Part shown: positions 18,085 through 26,887 of the stretch, in pieces
Layout: each line of letters starts with the position of its first letter
Position numbering within the stretch: the stretch's first letter is position 1
Virus record (IMG/VR): IMGVR_UViG_3300032291_002769
Span: 1-56,244 of that record
Length of the DNA stretch: 56,244 bases
Direction: 5' to 3' (one strand)
DNA from: a virus
Lineage: Duplodnaviria; Caudoviricetes
Program-made: the position numbers and the translations under genes
Notes under the pieces: generated by a model
Told to the model about the DNA's origin: nothing
The model's database searches: none
What the model saw: the letters and a program-made list of their open reading frames with translations, nothing else

Positions 18085-19204
18085 CAACATTATTTTTTTC
18101 ACTGAATATACTGTAGTCCGGATTTATCACTTTGCTCACCTTTCCTCGGTTACCTGATACCGATTTAACAACAACACCTTCGTGTGGTACTTTGGTACCT
18201 TCTATGAAATTATCAAACACAAATTTATCCTGTTCTTCTTTAGACCAATTGCCCTGGTATAATAACTCAACTTGTGGTAACTGGAGACAATTAAAATGTA
18301 CTGTCTCATTTATGTATGGTTGGTATTCTCCATCAACTTGGACATCAAATCCAGCAAATTTTATGTCGGTTAATCCGTAGTCATAATTTTTTTGTATACC
18401 AGCACCGTATATCTCACCGTATATAACAACACCTTCACTCAAGTCAAATGGTTCGTAAGTATCTTTTACGTGATCCCACAATTTTTGACGTATGTCGTAT
18501 TTTATAGCCACTTCTTCCCATACGTTGGTGTCATAAAAACCTTGTGAATCAGATCCTTTTTCGACATTATGACTACCCAAAACATATTCAAATGCAACCC
18601 ATTGATTTCCGAAAAACATTTTAACACGGTCCCATAAAGAAAGTTTTTTCTTTCTTACTATTCCGTATCTGGCATTTGTTCCGTGTAACTTACGAGTTAT
18701 AACAACCTCATCTTCTTCACTGAACATATCGGGTACATTCTTCTGGTTAGGAAACTTGTAGTAAACTTTGAAGTTAGGGTTTTGGTGGTATTTTATTTTA
18801 CGACCACCAACACTTAACTGAACGGTTTTAACTGGGGGTTCAAACTTAGTTATCCCAAGTATAGTCATCATATCATCACCTTCATTTACGTTATTCTCCA
18901 AAGATTTTGGTGCCAAGTATTTGAATGGTATTAATAAACACTCGGAATAAACACCACGAAGTTTAACAGTACGTACTCTTTGTCCTTTGCGAAGGTAGTT
19001 AGTTACTTCCATTAAGTCAGATAGTGCTTGTGGTATTACCGCGTCAGTAGTCGCAACAACAACCTTATCTCCAACCTGGTATTCACCTTTTTTAGTTATG
19101 GCATTCCACCCACCAACAGTAACTAACTCTATGTTATCAGCATTTGGTATTTCAGACACGGATCCTATTTTTCCTACGTATGCAACACTATTTAAATTTT
19201 CCAT
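18071..19204 (-). CDS. RNA ligase, DRB0094/Rnl2-like, with N-terminal OB domain
   Basis: IPNADNIEL, KLRGVYSE, KLHGTN (motif I), YGEIYG, FDV, EGVVVK and KVIN. Confidence 0.88.
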   Translation of the reverse strand: MENLNSVAYVGKIGSVSEIPNADNIELVTVGGWNAITKKGEYQVGDKVVVATTDAVIPQALSDLMEVTNYLRKGQRVRTVKLRGVYSECLLIPFKYLAPKSLENNVNEGDDMMTILGITKFEPPVKTVQLSVGGRKIKYHQNPNFKVYYKFPNQKNVPDMFSEEDEVVITRKLHGTNARYGIVRKKKLSLWDRVKMFFGNQWVAFEYVLGSHNVEKGSDSQGFYDTNVWEEVAIKYDIRQKLWDHVKDTYEPFDLSEGVVIYGEIYGAGIQKNYDYGLTDIKFAGFDVQVDGEYQPYINETVHFNCLQLPQVELLYQGNWSKEEQDKFVFDNFIEGTKVPHEGVVVKSVSGNRGKVSKVINPDYSIFSEKNNVGDSH

Positions 19205-19206
19205 TT

Positions 19207-19467
19207 TTATATATTTTCAAATTCTTCTTTTACTGAATCTATTTCTTCTTTCAACCTTTCAAGTTCTTTGGATAACATTTCTTTAATAGCTCCTTTGTTA
19301 TAAAGACTAACCTCATCTTTTCTTGGAAAAGACCCTCCTATTGAGTAACCAATTGTTACACCTAAAGAACAAGATTTTAACGCAGATTCCAATTTATACT
19401 TCTGTCTTTCCAACCTATCAAGATCTTCTTTAACTTTTTTCGCTTGTTCAAATTTTTCTAATTCCAT
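19207..19467 (-). CDS. hypothetical coiled-coil protein
   Basis: ORF 4 nt after promoter. Confidence 0.65.
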   Translation of the reverse strand: MELEKFEQAKKVKEDLDRLERQKYKLESALKSCSLGVTIGYSIGGSFPRKDEVSLYNKGAIKEMLSKELERLKEEIDSVKEEFENI

Positions 19468-19471
19468 AATA

Positions 19472-19502
19472 CAAAGGTATAAATTGTTTTTTAATTATTC
19501 AA
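19472..19502 (-). promoter_or_regulatory. Bacteroidota-type sigma-A promoter
   Basis: TTG, N20, TACCTTTG (19479-19472). Confidence 0.65.
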
Positions 19503-20013
19503 CGTCGTCTTCAAGATATTTCTTCATAGATCTTGGTTCAACAAAATCCCACTTCTTACTTTCAAATTCTTCAATCCATTCTTTCAAATCTTCTCTTGTC
19601 CATATTGGTCCAAAAGAAGGTCTGTATTGGAATGGTACATTATCTTTATTTTCCCACTCATCAAGTCGTTGTGTTACATCATCAATAAAGTTTTTAGTTT
19701 TAGTGTGTTTAATCCACTCTCTGTAATCATCCTCGGATTTAATAAACATAACATCACCATAATTATAAAACTCCATTTCAGGAAATTCTAAATTTGGGTT
19801 GTTAGTATAAACATCAACAATACCATTGTCTCCATTATATGAATCACAAAGTTCTCTTAAAGAATATAAACTACTTGGTCTTTCTTCCCAGACACTACCG
19901 AACTGACGGACAGAACAGATATATAAATAACCATCTTCATAAGAATTTATTTTATATTCAATTTTATTTCGTAATAAAATAAGTTCGTCCATTGTTAGTT
20001 TATCTAAGTTCAT
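19495..20013 (-). CDS. hypothetical protein
   Basis: YNGDNGIVDVYTNNP motif. Confidence 0.7.
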   Translation of the reverse strand: MNLDKLTMDELILLRNKIEYKINSYEDGYLYICSVRQFGSVWEERPSSLYSLRELCDSYNGDNGIVDVYTNNPNLEFPEMEFYNYGDVMFIKSEDDYREWIKHTKTKNFIDDVTQRLDEWENKDNVPFQYRPSFGPIWTREDLKEWIEEFESKKWDFVEPRSMKKYLEDDVE

Positions 20014-20258
20014 ATTATTTGTGAGCTATTTGTGTTTCTAATTAATCTAATTTTTTCAATTATTTCTTCAGGTGTTTCTTTAACTTTGAAGCCTCCGTTA
20101 TTATGTGTTGTTACACCAATCACAGTATGTTTTTTTGATATTGGTTCTCCTTGATGCCACATTTGGCTTTCCTTTACTTCGTAAAAATGTCCAATTTCAT
20201 TAATATTAACGTAAATGAAACCATCGTCTTTATGGGATGTTAATTTAATTAATTTCAT
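20010..20258 (-). CDS. hypothetical protein (FlbD-like pattern)
   Basis: MKLIKLT...IYVN...VKETPEEI; start moved to 20258, after the promoter. Confidence 0.6.
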   Translation of the reverse strand: MKLIKLTSHKDDGFIYVNINEIGHFYEVKESQMWHQGEPISKKHTVIGVTTHNNGGFKVKETPEEIIEKIRLIRNTNSSQII

Positions 20259-20259
20259 A

Positions 20260-20682
20260 TTACAAAGATAAATGTTTTTTTGTGTTTTCCAAAAATGACT
20301 CAATGTTTTTCTTACCAACAGGATTTGCCGAATGGACCAAATATTCCGGTAGTGGTTGGTTCTCATCCGCACAGTATTCAACAAGGAATTTTGCACAGTC
20401 AAGCCCGGTTTTTTCTTTAATATTGTCGTAATCCAAAATTCCGTTGGTTGCAACATTTCTAAAATATTCATCCATTGCAGTATCACCAAGATCATGATCA
20501 AATGAGACAAACTTAGGAGTACCATTCACTTCTAAGTATTGTACGAACTCATCATAATTTCTTACAACATCCCAATCATTCTCCCAATAAAACTTATTAT
20601 GTTTATCCGGGACCAATCCAATTGCGTCCTTTGGTGAACGCACATCATCTAAAAAAAGTTTACAATTCTTCATATAATCCAT
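20260..20682 (-). CDS. cyclic-phosphate-processing receiver domain protein
   Basis: LFLDDVR, VRNYDEF, SFDHDLG, TGLDCAK and HSANPVG motifs. Confidence 0.85.
   Translation of the reverse strand: MDYMKNCKLFLDDVRSPKDAIGLVPDKHNKFYWENDWDVVRNYDEFVQYLEVNGTPKFVSFDHDLGDTAMDEYFRNVATNGILDYDNIKEKTGLDCAKFLVEYCADENQPLPEYLVHSANPVGKKNIESFLENTKKHLSL
20263..20293 (-). promoter_or_regulatory. Bacteroidota-type sigma-A promoter
   Basis: TTTG, N19, TATCTTTG (20270-20263). Confidence 0.65.
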
Positions 20683-21202
20683 TTTCTTCGTCGTCTTTCA
20701 TCATTTGTGTTAATCTGGCTTCTCTCGAATACCTTCGTATAAGTTTGAAGATTTCCTCAATATCTGTAAATTCAGATACCGGACTATCGTTTCTACCAGG
20801 AAGAAATATTAAAGTGAATCCGTGGTTTGCTTGAAATCTTTCTGTAACTCTAATTCCACAGATCTCATCAATATAAACCCAAGGGAAGTTTCCTGATAGT
20901 TTTACATCAATACCAATTTTTTTCAATCTCTCAACAAACCTTGTGATTTTATCACCGGTTATTTTTGTACTACTTTCAGTTTCCACGTAAGTTCCAAATT
21001 TAGTTTCTTTTGTTTTCATACTAGAATTTTTCCATTCTTTCCAAACATCAAAGTCTTTAAGTTTTTCTAAAAACTCATCATCCATTTTTTTTGCTTGTTC
21101 AAATAATTCATCAAACCTATCCCAATTTAAGTTAAGAAATGTTGTATCACCATCTTTTTCAAATTGTTCTTTTAACCATTTTAACGTCTGTTTTACTTCC
21201 AT
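20660..21202 (-). CDS. hypothetical protein
   Basis: RLKKIGI...GNFPWVY...NHGFT motif. Confidence 0.65.
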   Translation of the reverse strand: MEVKQTLKWLKEQFEKDGDTTFLNLNWDRFDELFEQAKKMDDEFLEKLKDFDVWKEWKNSSMKTKETKFGTYVETESSTKITGDKITRFVERLKKIGIDVKLSGNFPWVYIDEICGIRVTERFQANHGFTLIFLPGRNDSPVSEFTDIEEIFKLIRRYSREARLTQMMKDDEENGLYEEL

Positions 21203-21359
21203 AACATTCTAATTTTTTATCTTTAACATTCCACAAATCTTTTTTTCCTTCTGTCATATGACAATTGTGTTTCTTACCGGTTCTGTCGGCAAAATCAACA
21301 ATCATATCGTTGTGACGATTACGAATAAAGTGGGGGCATTCTTTACAGGGTTTTTTCAC
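21159..21359 (-). CDS. small Cys-rich protein
   Basis: KPCKECP, HNCH and CYG; GTG start 4 nt after promoter. Confidence 0.7.
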   Translation of the reverse strand: MKKPCKECPHFIRNRHNDMIVDFADRTGKKHNCHMTEGKKDLWNVKDKKLECYGSKTDVKMVKRTI

Positions 21360-21363
21360 CTTA

Positions 21364-21395
21364 CAAAGGTAGGAAACTAATTTGAATTAAACAAA
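21364..21395 (-). promoter_or_regulatory. Bacteroidota-type sigma-A promoter
   Basis: TTTG, N20, TACCTTTG (21371-21364). Confidence 0.7.
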
Positions 21396-22628
21396 TTATT
21401 TTTTGTATTTGTAGGAAGTTTCTATTGGTCTTTTACCATATCTTTTTTCCATAAGTTTTTGGTGTAGGTCCCAATTTAATATAGATTCATTTGTTTGTTC
21501 TTTTTCATCTGGGATTAATGAATAAACTTTTGATATTCTTTTAATTAGTTTTGTTGCAACATAATTAAATCTTTCACATTCATCTTTAAAAAAATCCATC
21601 TCTCTATCAGCATATTTTGTAACGTGATTTTTATATTTTTTAAGAACTTTTGATTTATCTTCTGTTGGTTCTTTTCCACCAAAAAGTTGTGATAAAGGAC
21701 CCATTTTTGAAAAGATCTGTTCTTCGTGTGACAATACCATATTTTCAAAAAACCCAACTTTAAGACCTGATAAATTAATATAAACTAACTCTAAAACTAT
21801 TTTTATATTTTCTTCAGGTGAGTTTTCTTTTGGTTTTTCTCCGGCATGTTCAAGTAATGCAAATACTTTGTCCATTTGATCGTATAAACCTTGAATCAAG
21901 TATTCAAATGAAAAGTTTTGTATTCTTTTTAATTCTTTGATAACATCGTCTTTCATCAAAAATTCATAAAACTTTTCTTTTGTTATTCCATTTTGTATCA
22001 TTCTTGATGCAATCTCTGTCGGTCTAACAACATTTTCTTCGTTCTGAATAAAATAACTATACCTCATAAATTCATTTATAACTGGTATTCCAAAATTTAA
22101 CTTTCCGGATGCGTATGTCTGATAATCAGCGGTATTGCCGGCCAAACCTTTTGACTTTTTAGTTCTTCTAAATCTGTGCATTAATTCGTGGGCCATTATA
22201 GAAGTATTATGTATTTTTTGTTCTATAAAAACCATATACAAATCAATTGGTTCCCAACCTTCAGGAACTACGAACTGGATGTGTAAATCTATGGTTGATG
22301 TTTCCTTATTTAATTGCATCATTATGCCTTCATCAAAATCAAATTCATTTCCAACACCCATTGCTGCGATTATAGGTTCAGAACCATCATAATCTTCTAA
22401 TTCATCAACTCTAACAATAAAATTTAAATTTGTAAAATTTACATCAGAAACAGTTAAATCAATTTTAATATCCTCAAACAAATATTCTTCTTTGTCGGTT
22501 GAGTTTATTTCCTTTAATTTATCTTTAACAATATTGTATAATACTCTGGCTTCGTTTAGAATATTTTCTGGAACACCTGCAGCTTCTTTGATTAAATTAT
22601 ATTGAGATTCTGTTATAATGATTTTCAT
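21396..22628 (-). CDS. HExxH-motif protein with MKIIITESQ leader (putative virion internal protein)
   Basis: AHELMH plus downstream E; late-type promoter. Confidence 0.65.
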   Translation of the reverse strand: MKIIITESQYNLIKEAAGVPENILNEARVLYNIVKDKLKEINSTDKEEYLFEDIKIDLTVSDVNFTNLNFIVRVDELEDYDGSEPIIAAMGVGNEFDFDEGIMMQLNKETSTIDLHIQFVVPEGWEPIDLYMVFIEQKIHNTSIMAHELMHRFRRTKKSKGLAGNTADYQTYASGKLNFGIPVINEFMRYSYFIQNEENVVRPTEIASRMIQNGITKEKFYEFLMKDDVIKELKRIQNFSFEYLIQGLYDQMDKVFALLEHAGEKPKENSPEENIKIVLELVYINLSGLKVGFFENMVLSHEEQIFSKMGPLSQLFGGKEPTEDKSKVLKKYKNHVTKYADREMDFFKDECERFNYVATKLIKRISKVYSLIPDEKEQTNESILNWDLHQKLMEKRYGKRPIETSYKYKK

Positions 22629-22632
22629 AATA

Positions 22633-22639
22633 ATAAATA
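22633..22639 (-). promoter_or_regulatory. putative late promoter TATTTAT
   Basis: 4 nt upstream of ATG at 22628. Confidence 0.6.
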
Positions 22640-22654
22640 TAATGGAGTTGTGAT

Positions 22655-23308
22655 TTAACCCACAACTCCAATTAAATCATCCAAATGGTGATCTCCAGAC
22701 ATATCGGACCCAACTGGTCTTTTATCCATAATTTTGATTATTTCATCAACACTATATGGATCCAGTCCGTTTCCATCAACACCAACATCCATTTTTTTAC
22801 CATTACCGAATTTAGCTTCTCTTCCAAGATGTACGTGTCCGTGTAAATGGATAACACCTTTATTTAGACCATGCCAGCTCTGTAATGGATAATGACATAA
22901 AACAAAGTTTCTATCATTTATTTTAACTTCAAGGTAGTGTTGAACACTTAAAAATCGTCCTTGAATAAAATCTCTATTTTTTTCTATACTTGTATCATGA
23001 TTTCCTAATATAAGGTGAATGTTTTTACACACCAGTCTATCAAGGAATAATCCGATATTATCAAATCCCCCAAATGAAACATCACCTAACATTATTAGTG
23101 TGTCGTCTTGTCCTACCATATTGTTAATACCGTCAATAAGTCTTTCGTTCATTTGTTCAATAGTTTCAAAATCCCTAACCGAATCAACTGGTATTTGTCC
23201 ATCCTGGGTTCTCCAGTTTGTCACACCACGAACAATATTTTTATGACCGTAGTGTGTGTCTGAAGTTATATATACTTTTCCTGTTGTTAATATTTTTTTA
23301 AAGTTCAT
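22655..23308 (-). CDS. calcineurin-like metallophosphoesterase
   Basis: SDTHYGH, LGD, GNHD, HYP, HGHVH and DVGVD motifs. Confidence 0.9.
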   Translation of the reverse strand: MNFKKILTTGKVYITSDTHYGHKNIVRGVTNWRTQDGQIPVDSVRDFETIEQMNERLIDGINNMVGQDDTLIMLGDVSFGGFDNIGLFLDRLVCKNIHLILGNHDTSIEKNRDFIQGRFLSVQHYLEVKINDRNFVLCHYPLQSWHGLNKGVIHLHGHVHLGREAKFGNGKKMDVGVDGNGLDPYSVDEIIKIMDKRPVGSDMSGDHHLDDLIGVVG

Positions 23309-23320
23309 AATTTTTATTTT

Positions 23321-24277
23321 TTAAGGTAAAACATCACCGGTATAATTAACACTTATCCTTGGATAATCACTGATTCTTCTTGTTACTTCATATTCACCTT
23401 GGTTTGGTAAATCATCGATTGGTCCTACTACTGGTTTCATATACTGTTCAGATGTCCAATTACTATTATAACGATTAAGATCCATTAAACTTCTTATTCT
23501 GTCAAGTATAGTTGGACCGTCTTCCGCTCCAATATTACCTTGGTGAATATTAATTATATCTGAAATAGAAACTGGTTTATTTCTGGTTTCACCATAAATC
23601 AAATCAATTGTTCTTTCATTTTTTTGTAATTCTTTTCTAATTTTTAAAAAGATTTCATCCGGAATAAAATCCACAAACATTGGACTAACTTCACTATCGT
23701 CCGCGGTCCAAGCTTGGAATTTATCATCGCCATAATCTCTTGAGAAAGCGATTTTAGTATCAGTTTTTTTATTAATACAATAAACTAACCTATGTGTTTT
23801 TAAATATCTATCCCAATATCTTTCTTGTGTTGTACACCATTTTGTGTTTGATCCATAAACTCTTGAAGCATCAAAACTTAAAGGTGTTAATACTAACCAG
23901 GTATCATCTTCGTGTATTTTCAAAATTTGTTTTTCAACTTCTTTTTGTTTTTCAATATCTTCGGCAATCTTAACTTGTTCATTTAACTCTTTAAAATTTT
24001 TATATTTACTAATATCTTTTACTTTTATTCTATTAGCTCTTGAGTGTCTTTCAAATTCATTTAAAACTTCAATTTCATTTGACCCAAACAAAAATACTCC
24101 CAGATAACCTTTAAGTTCATCCAAATTTGGGCTGTAATATTGGTTATCCCTTTTAAAGTTTTTAATTAAAAACTCGGTATACTTGTAAGTACCGGTTGGG
24201 TCCAATGATGTTATTATATCAATTAATGATACATTTAAATCCGGATGTTGTTCTTTAAGTTTATCTAATCTACTCAT
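23321..24277 (-). CDS. YG-x-x-TKWCT family (PcfJ-like) protein
   Basis: PLSFDASRVYGSNTKWCTT; paralog of 16529-17518. Confidence 0.7.
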   Translation of the reverse strand: MSRLDKLKEQHPDLNVSLIDIITSLDPTGTYKYTEFLIKNFKRDNQYYSPNLDELKGYLGVFLFGSNEIEVLNEFERHSRANRIKVKDISKYKNFKELNEQVKIAEDIEKQKEVEKQILKIHEDDTWLVLTPLSFDASRVYGSNTKWCTTQERYWDRYLKTHRLVYCINKKTDTKIAFSRDYGDDKFQAWTADDSEVSPMFVDFIPDEIFLKIRKELQKNERTIDLIYGETRNKPVSISDIINIHQGNIGAEDGPTILDRIRSLMDLNRYNSNWTSEQYMKPVVGPIDDLPNQGEYEVTRRISDYPRISVNYTGDVLP

Positions 24278-24684
24278 AATTTTATACTGAATCTATTTTT
24301 CATTTGTTCTATTTTATCTTCTGGAACATTATGAACATTTGTTCCTCCGTGTCTATTTTCAACAATTACAGTAAAAACTTTATATCCGTGTTTCTTTGCT
24401 AATTCAAAGTATGGTTCCATTTCCCACTCCTGGGTAAAGGTGTTTGAAACAACAATTTTATCTACATTAACTTGGGTTCCGTCGGTTTTCATCCAAGCTT
24501 CGGTTTGTGTTCTACAATATTCGTGAGCCAATTTTATTTTGGATCCATCAAATTTGTAATTACCATCACCATCAACAAAATATTGGTCCGCTTCAATGTG
24601 TGTTCCACCTAATGTTTTTGCGAATGTTGATTTTCCTGCACCACTAACGCCTCTTACGATATATAATATTTTTTCCATAGTCAT
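24274..24684 (-). CDS. polynucleotide-kinase-like P-loop kinase (AAA_33)
   Basis: RGVSGAGKST, EADQYF, VVSNTF and HNVP...M..RF motifs. Confidence 0.85.
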   Translation of the reverse strand: MTMEKILYIVRGVSGAGKSTFAKTLGGTHIEADQYFVDGDGNYKFDGSKIKLAHEYCRTQTEAWMKTDGTQVNVDKIVVSNTFTQEWEMEPYFELAKKHGYKVFTVIVENRHGGTNVHNVPEDKIEQMKNRFSIKL

Positions 24685-24896
24685 TATGCTTTAATCCAAC
24701 TTGCCCAGTTTTCTGGATTTACTTTAATTAAACCTTTTTTAATCAAATCATAAGCAATATAAGAAGTTTTATAATAAAAATATTTATCATAACCTTTTTT
24801 ATCTTTTGTTAAAAACTCAATTAGGTCAAAATCCCATACTACACCTTCTTTTTCAAGTTTGTCCAAAAATAACTGTTCTTTCTTTGTGATTTTCAT
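24684..24896 (-). CDS. hypothetical protein
   Basis: ORF 4 nt after promoter. Confidence 0.6.
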   Translation of the reverse strand: MKITKKEQLFLDKLEKEGVVWDFDLIEFLTKDKKGYDKYFYYKTSYIAYDLIKKGLIKVNPENWASWIKA

Positions 24897-24900
24897 AATA

Positions 24901-24931
24901 CAAAGATATATATTTTTTTTTAATCTTACAA
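24901..24931 (-). promoter_or_regulatory. Bacteroidota-type sigma-A promoter
   Basis: TTG, N20, TATCTTTG (24908-24901). Confidence 0.65.
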
Positions 24932-24932
24932 G

Positions 24933-24939
24933 TATTTAT
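24933..24939 (+). promoter_or_regulatory. putative late promoter TATTTAT
   Basis: 4 nt upstream of the ECF sigma ATG. Confidence 0.6.
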
Positions 24940-24943
24940 TAAT

Positions 24944-25501
24944 ATGAAAATTATAATTTCTGAATCACAATATAAAAAACTTTATAAGTTATTAACCGAA
25001 AATGTTAATTTTGATAATGTTTATCGTGAACTTTTTCCAAAAATATATAAAACTGTTTGTTTAAAATATGCAAAAGGTGACAGTGAAAAAGCACAAGATT
25101 TTTGTCAGGATGGTTTTATAAAGGCATATAATAAATTAAGTCAGTTTAGAGGTGATAATCTAAATGGTTGGGTTGCTATGATTGTAAGGAACAATATTAT
25201 TGATGAATTAAGAAAAGAAAAAGGTTCAAAAATTCAAGATTTTGATTTTGGTAGATATGATGCAAAACAAGAAGAATATGATGATTTATTTATGGGTAGG
25301 TATAGTGAAAAAGATATTCAAGATGCAATAAACACATTGTCACCACAATTTCAAAAAGTTTTTAGAATGTATTATTTTGATGGAATGAAACACCAAGAAA
25401 TTGCAAAAAAATTAGGTATTTCCGATAGTACATCAAAAACAAACTTACTTAGAGGAAAAGCAAAAGTTAAAGATTTCCTAGAAAATTTAAAGGAGGCCTA
25501 A
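24944..25501 (+). CDS. ECF-type RNA polymerase sigma factor with MKIIISESQ leader
   Basis: AQDFCQDGFIKAY, W...IVRNNIIDELRK (region 2); L..QFQKVF.MYYFDGMKHQEIAKKLGISDSTSKTNL.R (region 4). Confidence 0.9.
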   Translation: MKIIISESQYKKLYKLLTENVNFDNVYRELFPKIYKTVCLKYAKGDSEKAQDFCQDGFIKAYNKLSQFRGDNLNGWVAMIVRNNIIDELRKEKGSKIQDFDFGRYDAKQEEYDDLFMGRYSEKDIQDAINTLSPQFQKVFRMYYFDGMKHQEIAKKLGISDSTSKTNLLRGKAKVKDFLENLKEA

Positions 25502-25571
25502 GCCCCCTTCAAAATTGGGTCGACATTGAATGTCAACTCTCCACCACCTTGTTTTATTAAACAAGGAAAAA

Positions 25572-26012
25572 TCATTCTCTTGTCATCCAGAAGTAATAGT
25601 TGGTACCATTACCAGATCCCATTGTTATATCTGTAAATTTTAATCCATTCATAACACCCATATTTAAATTACCCTGGTATATTGTTCCACTTAAATTCCC
25701 AAACGGTGTAAAATTAAGTGTTAAGTTGTATGCCGATGCTGTAGTGTAAAATGAATACGGAGCTTCAATTCCATTATAAGTATAGGTGTTTAAATCTAAA
25801 AAAACAATAGTATCACTTAAAGGTATTAAATTTCCAAACTCACCAACTCTATATTGATTTATAACCCAAACTTGTCCAATCAAATTATAGCTAGAATCAA
25901 TTGTTGTTGAATCCGTAATTATCGGTTGTGGTGGATTTGGTGGTCCAATATCTTCTTTAATACAAGATGTTAAACCTAAAAAAACTAAAAATAAAAATGT
26001 TATATATTTCAT
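25572..26012 (-). CDS. putative lipoprotein
   Basis: GLTSC lipobox, Pro-rich linker, L.GQVWVI. Confidence 0.7.
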   Translation of the reverse strand: MKYITFLFLVFLGLTSCIKEDIGPPNPPQPIITDSTTIDSSYNLIGQVWVINQYRVGEFGNLIPLSDTIVFLDLNTYTYNGIEAPYSFYTTASAYNLTLNFTPFGNLSGTIYQGNLNMGVMNGLKFTDITMGSGNGTNYYFWMTRE

Positions 26013-26013
26013 A

Positions 26014-26289
26014 CTACTTTGTTACTAATGCTTCAATTTTACTTTTTACTTGTTCCGTTATTGAAATTTCTTTTGTTGATGTGACAATAACAGAGTCTTT
26101 TAAAATTCTTGATGGTACGTTAATCAAAAACGTATCACCATTAAAGAACGAAAGATTCTCATCCAATTCGATACTTGCGTGAACCATCTTCAAAAACAAT
26201 TTGAACTGAATTTGGTCAACAAATGTTTCGTTTAAGATTTCACCAACCTTATCATTAAATATCTTAATATTGTATCCGTGTTTATTCAT
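26014..26289 (-). CDS. hypothetical protein
   Basis: ORF 4 nt after promoter. Confidence 0.65.
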   Translation of the reverse strand: MNKHGYNIKIFNDKVGEILNETFVDQIQFKLFLKMVHASIELDENLSFFNGDTFLINVPSRILKDSVIVTSTKEISITEQVKSKIEALVTK

Positions 26290-26293
26290 ACAA

Positions 26294-26325
26294 CAAAGAT
26301 ATATATTTTTTTATTATAAAACAAA
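26294..26325 (-). promoter_or_regulatory. Bacteroidota-type sigma-A promoter
   Basis: TTTG, N20, TATCTTTG (26301-26294). Confidence 0.7.
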
Positions 26326-26362
26326 AAACCCACAAAATATTTTCTAGAAATTTGTGGGTTTT
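26323..26362 (-). terminator. intrinsic terminator
   Basis: AAAACCCACAAA/TTTGTGGGTTTT hairpin with U-tract. Confidence 0.8.
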
Positions 26363-26413
26363 AAAACTAAACCATTTTTTTTATAAGAAGAAGGCGGATT
26401 TAGGTTTTTTGTA
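26323..26413 (-). ncRNA. candidate small RNA
   Basis: TATTTAT at 26424-26418, then a hairpin with C/U-rich loop, then terminator; no ORF. Confidence 0.4.
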
Positions 26414-26448
26414 AAATATAAATACTTCAACACAAATCAAAAGTCAAC

Positions 26449-26868
26449 TTATTTTAAAATTTTTTGGATAATTTTTAGTAATTGTTCATTATTTTTTTCT
26501 TTTGGTAATGTTTCTTTAGTGAAATAATCACATTCTGTGTGTTCGTGGCCGTCTTTAGCTTTCTTTAAGTTTGGTTTGTATTCTCTATCACCATCGTGAA
26601 AAAATACATAAACCAACCCTTTTTTTGTTGACCCATCTTTTTTGTATTTGTTTATAAAACCAACAAGATTTATATTATCTGGTAATTTTATATCGGTCTC
26701 TTCTTTAAATTCTCTAAGTGCTGCGTCTTTTGGCGACTCCTTACCTTCTATATGTCCGGATGGTATTGACCACGTACCTGGTAGTGATTTTTTTGGTGAT
26801 CTTTTACACATAAGAACTTTATTATCACTTTTTAATATAATCCCTGAATATCTTTTAAATTCTTCCAT
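26449..26868 (-). CDS. NUDIX hydrolase
   Basis: Nudix box GHIEGKESPKDAALREFKEETD. Confidence 0.9.
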   Translation of the reverse strand: MEEFKRYSGIILKSDNKVLMCKRSPKKSLPGTWSIPSGHIEGKESPKDAALREFKEETDIKLPDNINLVGFINKYKKDGSTKKGLVYVFFHDGDREYKPNLKKAKDGHEHTECDYFTKETLPKEKNNEQLLKIIQKILK

Positions 26869-26875
26869 AACAATA

Positions 26876-26887
26876 TATTTATAAATA
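26876..26887. promoter_or_regulatory. overlapping divergent TATTTAT promoters
   Basis: palindromic TATTTATAAATA between divergent NUDIX and DUF192 genes. Confidence 0.55.

Noticed and set aside
20259-20525. N-terminal extension of ORF 20010-20525
   Set aside because: Overlaps the receiver-domain gene; a promoter and ATG at 20258 give a better start.
25501-25571. Known self-cleaving ribozyme or riboswitch
   Set aside because: No hammerhead CUGAUGA/GAAA core or other consensus I could match; kept only as an unexplained structure.
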